From: Catenulispora sp.
GTDB taxonomy: Bacteria > Actinomycetota > Actinomycetes > Streptomycetales > Catenulisporaceae
Length of the DNA stretch: 64,000 nucleotides
Reading direction: 5' to 3'
Assembly (NCBI GenBank): GCA_013362315.1
Contig: JABFWL010000227.1
Location: 6,037 to 70,036, forward strand
Shown here: positions 28,181-36,953 of the stretch, piece after piece
Layout: each line of letters starts with the position of its first letter
Position numbering within the stretch: position 1 is the stretch's first letter
Translations under genes and position numbers: made by a program
The notes under the pieces: generated by a model
Seen by the model: the letters and a program-made list of their open reading frames with translations, nothing else
The model's database searches: none
Told to the model about the DNA's origin: nothing

Positions 28181-29179
28181 ATGGCGCCTGCGGTAATCCC
28201 CTCGCGTTCCACATCGCGCGTACGCCCGCAGCTGGTGAAGGGTGCGTCGACGCGTGTCCGCGCTGCTTTGAGCAGGTCGACGGAGCTGAACCGGCTGATG
28301 GTCAGCTGGCGTGAACGGCTCAACCCTGACGAAGTAGCGGGCCTGGTGCACTCGTCCGGCCGTCGCAACGTCAGCCAGTTCGAGATGGCGGCACTCTGCG
28401 AGGTGTCCGAGGCGTGGTACGGCGCGCTCGAACGTGGAGACCTCGACCGCCGGTACTCGGCCGACTTCCTAGATCGCGTTGCAGCGAACTTGAAGCTCTC
28501 GACCGGCGAGCGCAGGGTGCTGTTCCTGCTGGCCACCGGCCGCGAACCGTCCGCCCGACCGCCGTCCGCGCCGAAGATCAGTTCTGCCGTGGTGGCCAGG
28601 CTCAACCGAGAGCCGTGGCCCGCCTACCTGGTAGACACAACGTGGCAGATCCTCGCGCGAAACGACGCCACGCAGCGATGGCTGCCGGGGCTCATCGGCG
28701 AGGCCGGAGGCAACCTCATGCGCTGGGTGTTCTGCTCTCCCAGTGCGAAGAAGCAGATGGTGGACTGGGAATACGACGCACACCTTGCCATGGCGCAGCT
28801 GCGAGCCAGGTTCGCCGTCGCGCCGGAGCACGACCGGCTGCAACAGCTCATCCACGAAATCCTCGCCACCAGCGAGTTCGCCGCATCGCTGTGGAAAGAC
28901 GACCCGTGCATCTGGCTGCACGACGACGGCAACCGCCAGCGGTTACTCCTACCGGGATCCACGAAGGCGCTGGGCGTCGAGATCCTGTCCAGCACACCGC
29001 TGCGCAATCCGGATCTGCGGGCGTACTCGCTGGTGCCAGTGGCCGGCGCGATCCCGGCCGACTGCACGGACGCCGCTCCTGCTAACGAGGGAGATGCTGA
29101 CCTCGCCTGGCGTGCTACCTGCCACCCCGGTGCCCGGCCACGACCTCGCAAGATCACCATACGTCGAGCCGCAGCGTAG
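28181..29179 (+). CDS. MmyB-like regulator (XRE HTH plus PAS-like ligand-binding domain)
   Basis: SQFEMAALCEVS..WY..LERG, PAYLVD..W.ILARN and NLMRWVF motifs. Confidence 0.85.
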   Translation: MAPAVIPSRSTSRVRPQLVKGASTRVRAALSRSTELNRLMVSWRERLNPDEVAGLVHSSGRRNVSQFEMAALCEVSEAWYGALERGDLDRRYSADFLDRVAANLKLSTGERRVLFLLATGREPSARPPSAPKISSAVVARLNREPWPAYLVDTTWQILARNDATQRWLPGLIGEAGGNLMRWVFCSPSAKKQMVDWEYDAHLAMAQLRARFAVAPEHDRLQQLIHEILATSEFAASLWKDDPCIWLHDDGNRQRLLLPGSTKALGVEILSSTPLRNPDLRAYSLVPVAGAIPADCTDAAPANEGDADLAWRATCHPGARPRPRKITIRRAAA

Positions 29180-29237
29180 GCACCCATCCTCAGCGTGCCG
29201 CACGGATCGACGGCGCCCACAGGGGTGCGGGGTGCGG

Positions 29238-29810
29238 CTACTGATCGCCCGGCTGGCTGTACACCGTCTCGTCGAGCATCCGCTGGCGTCGCTCCGCCAC
29301 CTCGGCCCGCGACGCGATAGGACTCCGCGCGGCCTCATACATGAACGTCTCAACCATCATCGCGAAGTTGTCCCAGCTACCTTCCAGCTCGAACTTCGCG
29401 TAGAGGAGCGCCCATAACTGAGGAGACAGCCGGATCGTGACCATCTCCTTGCTCTCTGTCCACGGAGGAAGGGCGCGCGGCAACCTCTCGGCCAGCGCCT
29501 CCTCCAGCGTTGGCGGAAGGCCCGCCGCGGCGATGTCCGCAGGATCGCTGGTTTGGTACTGGCGGCTCAGAGCGGCGGCCTTCCGCCGCCGGAGAACGCC
29601 CAGCGCCTCCTCATCGGTGACTGGCTCCGTGCGGTCCGGCTCGGCCAGTAGCGGAGCGTTTTCCCCGGGCAGCGCGTGGGAGGGGTCGACCTGGACGAGA
29701 TACCGTGGGTCGGCTGACACGTTGTAGCCAGGGCGGATTTGAACCTTGCGTCGCGCTCTACGCTCCGGCCGCGGATCGCTGTAGGTTCGGCCCGTTTCGT
29801 ACTCAGCCAC
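29238..29810 (-). CDS. Hypothetical protein with possible RHH-like C-terminus
   Basis: MVTIRLSPQLW segment. Confidence 0.55.
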   Translation of the reverse strand: MAEYETGRTYSDPRPERRARRKVQIRPGYNVSADPRYLVQVDPSHALPGENAPLLAEPDRTEPVTDEEALGVLRRRKAAALSRQYQTSDPADIAAAGLPPTLEEALAERLPRALPPWTESKEMVTIRLSPQLWALLYAKFELEGSWDNFAMMVETFMYEAARSPIASRAEVAERRQRMLDETVYSQPGDQ

Positions 29811-29942
29811 CGTGAAAACCCCAAATCGCCTCTGCCGCCTCGGCCAACTGTATAGCGCTTTGGAACATGGTAGGGGCCTCCACAGGATGAAGAGAAGTTC
29901 ACGTAGGCCAGTTTTGGCTGTGCCCGAATGTCCAGTTCGGGG

Positions 29943-30266
29943 CTACCGACCTGTTCGGGTGAGGACCGCGCGAATGCGAAGTTCAACTGCCTCGGCCGTG
30001 TCCTCGTCAAGTACGGCGACGCGTTCAGTGAGCCGGCTGGGGACGGCATATCCGAGGCGCAGCGGTGTCACCCAGCCGTACCCGGGGATGGTGACAGCCA
30101 AGATCGTGTCGGGATGCTTGTCGGACGGGTAGATGGCCAGCGTGGGTACGGTGGGCGGGTTGTACGCCATGGCGTCATCGCTGGCAATGATCAGGTGGTA
30201 CCCAGGCAGGCTCGTTACTCCGCTTGCTGATTCGTACCGCCAGATCTCGCCCCAGTGGGGGGTCAT
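29943..30266 (-). CDS. PemK/MazF-like toxin
   Basis: WGEIW..LIIASD N-terminus and RL.ERVAVLD..(helix) C-terminus; coupled to the antitoxin. Confidence 0.6.
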   Translation of the reverse strand: MTPHWGEIWRYESASGVTSLPGYHLIIASDDAMAYNPPTVPTLAIYPSDKHPDTILAVTIPGYGWVTPLRLGYAVPSRLTERVAVLDEDTAEAVELRIRAVLTRTGR

Positions 30267-30583
30267 GCGGCCAGACCGGTCTCACGCTCGAGCAGGGCGC
30301 GCTCGGCTTCCTCTGCATCGGCCAGGTCCGCGGGCAGCCCCTCGAATCGGCGATGAAGATCGGCCATCGCCTCTTCCAACTGCTTCCTGCGCGCCCACAG
30401 CGCGAGCTCGACAACGTCGGCAGAGACGACGGCGGCCATCTGGCGGCCCCGGCGGGTAAGCCATGTGATCGACCCTTTGCCGTGCGCCGTGTTCTCGGCG
30501 AGGGTCGGGAGCTGTTCGCGAGCCTCGGAGATCGGTAGGGCTGCCGGCTCGTACGGCCGAGGTCTACGGAGCGGACTTGGCAT
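30263..30583 (-). CDS. Phd/YefM-family antitoxin
   Basis: ISEAREQLPTL...LTRRGRQMAAVVS. Confidence 0.8.
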   Translation of the reverse strand: MPSPLRRPRPYEPAALPISEAREQLPTLAENTAHGKGSITWLTRRGRQMAAVVSADVVELALWARRKQLEEAMADLHRRFEGLPADLADAEEAERALLERETGLAA

Positions 30584-30606
30584 GTACGAATCGTACGACT
30601 CGTACG
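30584..30606. promoter_or_regulatory. Probable TA operator: tandem (TC)GTACG(A) palindromes
   Basis: GTACGAATCGTACGACTCGTACG directly upstream of the antitoxin start. Confidence 0.55.
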
Positions 30607-30841
30607 GTAGTGATCGCCAGGTTCCTGCCGCGATCAACGACGCCTCCGCCGGCCGCATCCCGGTGCTCGTCGACACCGCGGCGTACGCGGCGCGCGCGGC
30701 CTACCCGAGCCGGACCTGACCGGCGCCGTCGCGGACCTTGCCGAAGCCGGGTTCATCGGAGGTCCGGCCCGCCGGCACCACAGACAGCGACCCAGCAGCC
30801 CGTTCCCCCGTGCGAGCTGCTGGGTCGCTTCACATCCCCGG

Positions 30842-31237
30842 TCAGAACAGCCGGTCGACCGCCTCGTGCGCCTCGGCGGCGGCCAGGACGTCGACGGCGG
30901 CCCCGAGCGGTTCGGCGCCGGCGACGACGGCCAGAAGCACGTCGACATGACACGGTTCGCCGTCGAGCGAGCACCAGCAGGCCACGTCGGCCCCGGCCAG
31001 CTCGGCGCGCGCGGCTGCCACGAGATCCGGCCGGTCGGCCAAGTCGCGGGCGTAGCCGAGCAGCGCCCCGGAGCGGCCGTGAACGGCCGGGCAGGCCCGG
31101 CACTGGCCGATGCGGTGCCTGTTGGCGTACCGGCTTGCGGGCAGGCCCGGCGCGGCCCGCCCGGCGTACACCGCACCGGCCGGCACCTGCCCGTGGTACA
31201 GGTCGCCGAGCACCTTTACCCGCCGCGCGCCGGTCAC
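30842..31237 (-). CDS. DUF4326-family protein
   Basis: AVYAGR..S.YAN and ELAG.DVACWC....CHVDVL motifs. Confidence 0.8.
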   Translation of the reverse strand: MTGARRVKVLGDLYHGQVPAGAVYAGRAAPGLPASRYANRHRIGQCRACPAVHGRSGALLGYARDLADRPDLVAAARAELAGADVACWCSLDGEPCHVDVLLAVVAGAEPLGAAVDVLAAAEAHEAVDRLF

Positions 31238-31512
31238 TGCGGCCGCCGGGCCACGCGTAGCAACAGCGGGCGCAACTTCGGCGTGGCCGCGTCGAGCGCC
31301 GCCTCCGGGCCGGACAGCAGTTGCGCGACGGTGATGCCGTAGTGGGCGGCGAGCTTGTCGCAGTCGTCGAGTGTCCACATAGAAGCACCGGACTGCTTGC
31401 GGGAGATCTGGCCCTGCGATAGGCGCAGCGTGCGGGCGAGGTCTTCCTGCCGCTCACGGCTGGCGGCCATGAGGACGTCGACGGTCTCGCGGAGGGTCTG
31501 AAGCGTCGTCAC
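31234..31512 (-). CDS. XRE-family HTH protein
   Basis: QEDLARTLRLSQGQISRK..W.LDD..LAAHYGI. Confidence 0.8.
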   Translation of the reverse strand: MTTLQTLRETVDVLMAASRERQEDLARTLRLSQGQISRKQSGASMWTLDDCDKLAAHYGITVAQLLSGPEAALDAATPKLRPLLLRVARRPQ

Positions 31513-31674
31513 TCAGCAAGTATGTACATCGTGCATGTTCGTATGCAATGGGTGCATCAGAGGTGTGCTGGGCAAGGGCTACGGTGCCGTCCCATGAGGA
31601 ATCCCACGGCGGACCGGCACGCTACGATCAGCGCCACATGGTGTGCGACTCCCCGCGGAGAGGCTGACAGCACC

Positions 31675-31917
31675 ATGTCCAAGAGCAGGCAGACCACACG
31701 TTCGGGACGTGCCAGACGAGCACGGCGTCTGCCGAGCGGATTCGGGACCGTCCGCGACGTCGTGACGTTCCTTGTCGGAGTGATCATCCTCGGCCAGCAG
31801 ACCTTCGTCGCCGAGCACGCGTCGTGGCCCCTCGTCGTCGTAGGCACTACCCTGCTCGGCGCACCGCTCGTCCTGCCCCGGCTGCCTGAGAAAGAATCTT
31901 GGGACAAGACTCCGTGA
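31675..31917 (+). CDS. Small 2-TM membrane protein
   Basis: Basic N-terminus, two hydrophobic segments; GGAGAGG RBS. Confidence 0.55.
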   Translation: MSKSRQTTRSGRARRARRLPSGFGTVRDVVTFLVGVIILGQQTFVAEHASWPLVVVGTTLLGAPLVLPRLPEKESWDKTP

Positions 31918-31975
31918 CACAAGAGGCGTAGCGCGCCGCGAGACGTAAGCGGCCAGCCGGATCGATGATCCGTCC

Positions 31976-32239
31976 ATGACGAACGACAAGGCCATTGAGC
32001 CAGCTCAGGACACCAGCGCCCAACCGTTGACCGGTGAGACCAAGAGCCTGACCGCCAGCGGTGCGCTGGATCTGATCGACCACGCGATCGGCGTCGTGCC
32101 GTGGGCCGCAGGTGCCGTAGCGGCAGGGAAGGTCGCGGTGGAGGCGATCCGCCAGAACGGCGAGACCCGTCGTACTGAGATCCACGAGCAGCACGAGACC
32201 CACCGGACTGAGATCCGCGCCCAGAGCGGGACGGAATAG
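31976..32239 (+). CDS. Small hypothetical protein (ETRRTEI/ETHRTEI internal repeat)
   Basis: ORF with plausible codon usage. Confidence 0.55.
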   Translation: MTNDKAIEPAQDTSAQPLTGETKSLTASGALDLIDHAIGVVPWAAGAVAAGKVAVEAIRQNGETRRTEIHEQHETHRTEIRAQSGTE

Positions 32240-32346
32240 GTCCCGACCCCGGCGACCGCTCGCGCCGATAGCAGGGCGATGGCCCGCGAGCGTGACGAGA
32301 GATTGCACGCTGCGGGCCGTCTGGCACGGTAGCGGGTGGATACGAC

Positions 32347-32378
32347 GAAGGGCGGCCCCGGGGCGGGGGCCGCCCTTC
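32347..32378. terminator. Terminator hairpin between convergent genes
   Basis: GAAGGGCGGCCCC...GGGGCCGCCCTTC. Confidence 0.65.
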
Positions 32379-32391
32379 TGGTTCCACAGAA

Positions 32392-33849
32392 TCAGACGCG
32401 TTCGACGTGGATGGCGATGACGCCGAGGGCTTCCTTCTCGGCCGGGTAGATCAGCCGGATGTTGGCCAGCTGCTCGGCCCGGCTGGCGGTCGGGTTCACC
32501 GAGGAGACGTTCTCGTGGTCGAACATCTCGTCGAACGTGGCGTAGTGGCCGATCTTGGTGATGCGGGTCAGGCATTCCTCGCCGCGGCAGGTGAACTTCA
32601 GCAGCTGGCCGGGGGCCAGGCGCTTGTTGGATGGGTACGCGACGCGGACCTCAACGGTCTTCTTGCCGGAGGCGATGAGGTCGAAGTAGCGCTTGTAGAT
32701 GGGCATCTCGCGGGCCCTCGGCCGGGTCGCGAGGTCGGCCGGCCGTTGGGCCATGAGAACTCCCAGTTCGCTGGTGGTGAAGGATCGGAAGAAGTGCTTC
32801 GGGTCGGCGAGCAGCCCGGACACGAGCCACAGCAGCGCGTCGACGTACTGGTCGACGGTGCCGTCCCAACTGGTCGTGGCCAGCATCCAGTCCTCGATCC
32901 CGGTATGCGCCGGGCTGTCCGGGGCCGCGCGCAGCAGGGACTTGGACAGCTTCGCGCCGGATCCGGACAGGACCATCGGGGTGAAGATCCGGGCGGGCAT
33001 GTCCTGCGCCGGTGTGCCGAGCGCGAGGAGAGCGCCGTCGACGAGCTGGGCGCCGAAGGACCAGTCGCCGCCTTTGACCATGACGTAGAGCACGTCGCGT
33101 TCGCGTACGAGGGCGCGTTCCTTGATGACGTTGCGGTACAGGGTGGCGAGGTCGAGGTAGCCGCCGTCGACGGGGTCGATGACCATCTCGTAGTCGCCGT
33201 GCTCATAGCAGACGGCGGTGAAGATCGCCCCGTCGTCGTCGACGCGAACGAGGCGGGTCTGCTCGGCGCGTTTCTCGGCCCAGCCGCAGGCGGGGCAGGG
33301 CAGGCGGGTGTGGACAATGCCGGTCGAGGGGTTGAGCCACCAGCGGATCTGGTCGAAGCGCTCCAGGGAGCGCAGGAACTCGGTGCGGAACGCCGGGGTT
33401 TCCTGCTGCTCGGTGTAGGTGTCCAGCTCGTATTCGGTGTCGGTGGCGTCGGAGAGGCTGTTGAACAGCTCCCGGTAGTAGCGCTCGATCAGGTCGGTGA
33501 TGCCGTCCTTGCCGAGGGCGTGGAAGTAGGTGATCTGGTACGCCCGGTGCGTCTCCGGGTCGAGGGTCACCTCGTACGGGGCGTTGTCCAGCGCGCTGAA
33601 CCGCACCGTGGTGTCGACGGAGAACGCGCGGCGGGCGAGCTTGGCGAGCAGGAACGCCGAGGACTGGACGATGTTCGTGCCGAGGTGGGGTGCGCCGTTG
33701 ATCTGGGTGCCGACGACGAACACGATCCGCTTGGGCCGGTTGGCGATCACCTTCGGGCGGATCATGTCGATGGTGCGTAGCAGTGCGTTGGCGAGGACCG
33801 TGTTGGGTGAGAGCACCGCCGGCGGCTTATCGGGGGTGGTCGGTGGCAT
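32392..33849 (-). CDS. Class I lysyl-tRNA-synthetase-like catalytic (HUP) domain fused to a C-terminal ASCH domain
   Basis: HIGH-like GAPHLGT, CPAC...CYEH zinc motif, KGGDW and KMSKS-like KLSKS; ASCH signature YFDLIASGKKTVEVR. Confidence 0.8.
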   Translation of the reverse strand: MPPTTPDKPPAVLSPNTVLANALLRTIDMIRPKVIANRPKRIVFVVGTQINGAPHLGTNIVQSSAFLLAKLARRAFSVDTTVRFSALDNAPYEVTLDPETHRAYQITYFHALGKDGITDLIERYYRELFNSLSDATDTEYELDTYTEQQETPAFRTEFLRSLERFDQIRWWLNPSTGIVHTRLPCPACGWAEKRAEQTRLVRVDDDGAIFTAVCYEHGDYEMVIDPVDGGYLDLATLYRNVIKERALVRERDVLYVMVKGGDWSFGAQLVDGALLALGTPAQDMPARIFTPMVLSGSGAKLSKSLLRAAPDSPAHTGIEDWMLATTSWDGTVDQYVDALLWLVSGLLADPKHFFRSFTTSELGVLMAQRPADLATRPRAREMPIYKRYFDLIASGKKTVEVRVAYPSNKRLAPGQLLKFTCRGEECLTRITKIGHYATFDEMFDHENVSSVNPTASRAEQLANIRLIYPAEKEALGVIAIHVERV

Positions 33850-33851
33850 CG

Positions 33852-34430
33852 CTACTCCTCACGGCTCGGGCGGGGCAGGCGCAGATTGGCGCAGATGAAA
33901 TCGAGACGTTCTGTGGGGTCGTCGGCCGGGACGAAGATCGGGCTGTAGCCGGCGTCGTAGTAGCCCTGCACGATCAGTTCGTGCACTCGGCGGATCTCGC
34001 GGTCCTGCGCCCACACGACGTCGTGTTCGTCCTCGAACGTGTCGAGGGGGTCGAGGATCATGACGGCGTCGTAGCGGTAGCGCTGGTTGGCCTCCTCGAG
34101 TTCGGCGTACGGCTCCAGGCCGAAGAACCGGTCCCAGCCGTAGCCGTCGGGGATGCCGCGGTTGTAGAACCGCACGCCTTCTGTATGGGCCTGGAACTCG
34201 GCGACGAAGGCCTGCAGGACTTCGCGGGAGTAGTCGCGGCGGTCCTCGCGCAGCAGGTGCCGGCCGAGCCGGGCGCGGTGCGCCCGGTAGATCTCCCGGG
34301 CGGCTTCCTCGGTGGAGACCGGCATCCCGGCCCTGACGATGGCTTCCAGGACGGCTTCCTTGCCGGCCGAGGGGCCGCCGGTGATGACGAAGCGGCGGGC
34401 CGGGCCGGTGCGGATATCAGTGATGGTCAT
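33852..34430 (-). CDS. AAA_28 (NadR/Ttd14-like) P-loop NTPase with degenerate motifs
   Basis: RFVITGGPSAGKE, EAAREI, FYNRGIPD and RYDAV motifs; ATGA overlap. Confidence 0.8.
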   Translation of the reverse strand: MTITDIRTGPARRFVITGGPSAGKEAVLEAIVRAGMPVSTEEAAREIYRAHRARLGRHLLREDRRDYSREVLQAFVAEFQAHTEGVRFYNRGIPDGYGWDRFFGLEPYAELEEANQRYRYDAVMILDPLDTFEDEHDVVWAQDREIRRVHELIVQGYYDAGYSPIFVPADDPTERLDFICANLRLPRPSREE

Positions 34431-35335
34431 GATGCGTTGCTCCCGGTGCTGGTGGTGGTGAGGTACGGCGCGAACAGGTCTTCGACCCACTGGTCGCGTA
34501 CGCGCTGCCCGGCCGCGTCGGCGGTCAGGTCGTCGATGAAGGTGCGCAGCCGTTCGGCGTCCGGGCCGCGATGGCACACCAGGTCGAGGTCGTCGGGCGT
34601 AAGCTCCGGCGTCCATCCGGCCATCCCGACCAGGTGCTCCGGGGCGATGCCGCCGTGCAGCAGCCGGGCGCCGTACGCGCGCCGGTACGCCCGGATCTCC
34701 ACGTGTAGCTGCCCGAGCCGCCACAACGCGGCTTCGGCCGCGTCGACGTGTTCCCCGGAGCCGGGGTCCATCGACGACCAGCGGGCGCACGCGAGCAGTT
34801 CGGCGCGCAGCGCGTACACCGCCGCCCATAGACGGCTCAGCTGCTCCTCGTGCTCGACGGCTTCCCACGCGAACATGTCCGCAGGCAGCGGCATCGGGCG
34901 GGCGACCATCGGGATCAGCTGCGGCGGCGCGACGCGAGTATTGGCCATCCGCTCGCTGTCGGTGTCGAGGGCCTGGGCGAGCTGGGCGAGGATGCGCGGC
35001 TCGATGTGCTTGCGGAAATGGTCCGGGTGCACACCGAGGGCCATCGCCGCGCCTTCGCGGCGTTCGGTCAGTGAGTTGCCGATCGTGCCGGTCCAGGTGC
35101 CGAACAGGATCGCCGCTGCGAGCGAGGTCTGGTGGTCGGCGATGCGGTCGATCAGCTGACGCAGCAGGGTGTTGAAGGCTTCCACCCGGTTGATCCAGTC
35201 CGGCCCAGCGGCCCGGGCGGTCACGCCGGGCAACGCCAGCAGGCTCTCGCGGATCGCGGTCCCGGCGGGCAGGCCTTGACGTAGCAGCGCGCGGAGGTCT
35301 TCCGCGGTTGGGGTCGGGCTCTTGTTCGGGGTCAT
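34427..35335 (-). CDS. Putative DNA-binding protein (N-terminal HTH-like domain plus helical domain)
   Basis: LTERREGAAMALGVHPDHFRKHIEPRIL segment; first gene of the operon. Confidence 0.7.
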   Translation of the reverse strand: MTPNKSPTPTAEDLRALLRQGLPAGTAIRESLLALPGVTARAAGPDWINRVEAFNTLLRQLIDRIADHQTSLAAAILFGTWTGTIGNSLTERREGAAMALGVHPDHFRKHIEPRILAQLAQALDTDSERMANTRVAPPQLIPMVARPMPLPADMFAWEAVEHEEQLSRLWAAVYALRAELLACARWSSMDPGSGEHVDAAEAALWRLGQLHVEIRAYRRAYGARLLHGGIAPEHLVGMAGWTPELTPDDLDLVCHRGPDAERLRTFIDDLTADAAGQRVRDQWVEDLFAPYLTTTSTGSNAS

Positions 35336-35355
35336 GACATCAAGTCTGCCACCGA

Positions 35356-35397
35356 TACCCAGAAAATACCCAGTGACGTACCCAGAAAATACCCAGT
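35356..35397. repeat. 19-bp direct repeat TACCCAGAAAATACCCAGT x2 (four TACCCAG heptamers at 11-12 bp spacing)
   Basis: Copies at 35356-35374 and 35379-35397. Confidence 0.85.
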
Positions 35398-35423
35398 CGA
35401 AGGAAACGAGCCAGGCGGCGAAG

Positions 35424-35560
35424 GTGTCCGAGAATCGAATGATTTCCGGACACGATCCACAACTGGCGATCGAGTGGAGCGTGCCTACCGAAACGTGTCC
35501 GAGAAAATGTCCAAAAACTACTGTGTCCGAGAATGATTGAGGGCAAGGTTTCTCGTACGC
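35424..35560. promoter_or_regulatory. Putative resolvase res site with three subsites
   Basis: GTGTCCGAGAA at 35424, 35495 and 35523, with inverted partners at 35443-35453 and 35550-35560. Confidence 0.7.
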
Positions 35561-35567
35561 TCAGGCG

Positions 35568-36575
35568 GTGACCGACACCCCCACCGCGTTGGTGCTCGCC
35601 CCCGATGACGCCCTGGAGCCGTTCCCGATCGCGGCCGGCGGTCTACTCATCGGCTACGGCCGCGTGTCGACCCGCGGCCAGAATCTCGACCGCCAGATCC
35701 GCGCACTCACCAAATGCGGCTGCGCGAAGATCTTCACTGACAAGCTGTCGGGCAAGAACACCGACCGGCCCGAGCTGATCGAATGCCTCAAGTACCTGCG
35801 TGAGGGTGACACTCTGGTCGTCCCGAGCCTCGACCGACTGGCCCGCTCACTGCAAGACCTGATCACGATCACCGTTGACCTTCGCAAGCGCGGCATCGGA
35901 TTCAAGAGCCTGCACGAAAACCTGGACACCACCACCTCCGGCGGCCGGCTCGTATTCCACGTCTTTGCCGCCCTCGCCGAGTTCATCCGGGAACTGATCA
36001 TCGAGAACACCCGCGAAGGCGTCGCCGCCGCCAAGGCTCGCGGCCAGCGGCTCGGCCGCCCGAAGGCCATGACCGAGGAACAGGTCAGCCACGCCGTCGC
36101 CCTGCTGTCCCAGCCCAAAGCCAGCGCGAAGGCCATCGCCGAGCTGCTCGGCGTCTCCCGCTCAACGCTGTACGCCTACGTTCCGGAGCTCGCCGCCATC
36201 CGGGCCGCCGCCGCGAAGCAGACCGCCGCTGAGGTGCCCGCCCAGCGCCCGGCCCTGACCCGCGAGCCGGAGGCGTGGTGGCAGCTCGCCGAGTTCACGC
36301 TGAACCACAGCGCCACGTACGGCTGGCAGCTCACCCACCAGCTCTACCCGGCCAATCCCGGCCACCCGATCCCCGTCGAGAACTACCCGGCTGGCAACAG
36401 CCGCCTGCGGCGCAACATCGTCGCGGCGCAGGCCGCCGCCGCGGCGGCAATTGAAGACCTCACCGGACACCGCGTCCAGGACTGGGAAGAAGAGGAGGAT
36501 GCCGCCGGCGAGCCCTACTGGGAGGCGTTCCTAGACGGCCCGCTCCACGAGCTCGCGCGCCGCGGAGGACACTGA
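35568..36575 (+). CDS. Serine resolvase/invertase with HTH and an extra C-terminal domain of about 125 aa
   Basis: GYGRVST..Q, LDRLARS, AEFIRELI..T.EG, GRP and HTH GVSRSTLY motifs. Confidence 0.93.
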   Translation: MTDTPTALVLAPDDALEPFPIAAGGLLIGYGRVSTRGQNLDRQIRALTKCGCAKIFTDKLSGKNTDRPELIECLKYLREGDTLVVPSLDRLARSLQDLITITVDLRKRGIGFKSLHENLDTTTSGGRLVFHVFAALAEFIRELIIENTREGVAAAKARGQRLGRPKAMTEEQVSHAVALLSQPKASAKAIAELLGVSRSTLYAYVPELAAIRAAAAKQTAAEVPAQRPALTREPEAWWQLAEFTLNHSATYGWQLTHQLYPANPGHPIPVENYPAGNSRLRRNIVAAQAAAAAAIEDLTGHRVQDWEEEEDAAGEPYWEAFLDGPLHELARRGGH

Positions 36576-36604
36576 CGGACCTGACGGACTACGTGTTCAA
36601 GTCC

Positions 36605-36750
36605 ACAACGCTCTCAGCTGCTCGCGAGTCACGCTCGCATGGGAGCGTGAAGCGAGCACAACAGCGCGATATGGGCACGCCTGACGCTGTAGGAGTGACA
36701 ACAGACGCATCACGCTGAGCGATAGGAACGCCTCGTTAGCGTCACAACAG
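36605..36750. repeat. Non-coding array of hairpins separated by ACAACAG
   Basis: ACAACAG at 36658, 36698 and 36744 (ACAACG at 36605); CACGC-containing stems in between; region free of long ORFs. Confidence 0.5.
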
Positions 36751-36953
36751 CACAAAGAGACGACCTCGACGTGCTACCGCGCGTTTAAACGCACACTGCA
36801 TGACAAGTGGATACGGTTGATGCGCTACAGTCACGCAAGAGTCGGTTAAGTCAACTAGACACCACGACGCGAAGAAGCCCCCGTCCCGACCGGACAAGCC
36901 AGAGACGAGGGCCCTTCACCACGTAGCCTCACCTGGCGAACAGCCTGGTGGGG

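Noticed and set aside
32392-33849. Calling this gene lysS
   Set aside because: It lacks the anticodon-binding domain, carries ASCH instead, and sits in accessory context.
35568-36575. The serine recombinase as the island integrase
   Set aside because: It has small resolvase architecture (catalytic domain plus HTH) with an adjacent res-like site, and lacks the recombinase and zinc-ribbon domains of large serine integrases.
36605-36750. CRISPR array or CsrB-like RNA
   Set aside because: The shared repeat is only 7 nt with irregular spacing and there are no cas genes; the GGA motifs are too few and not clearly in loops to call a CsrA sponge.
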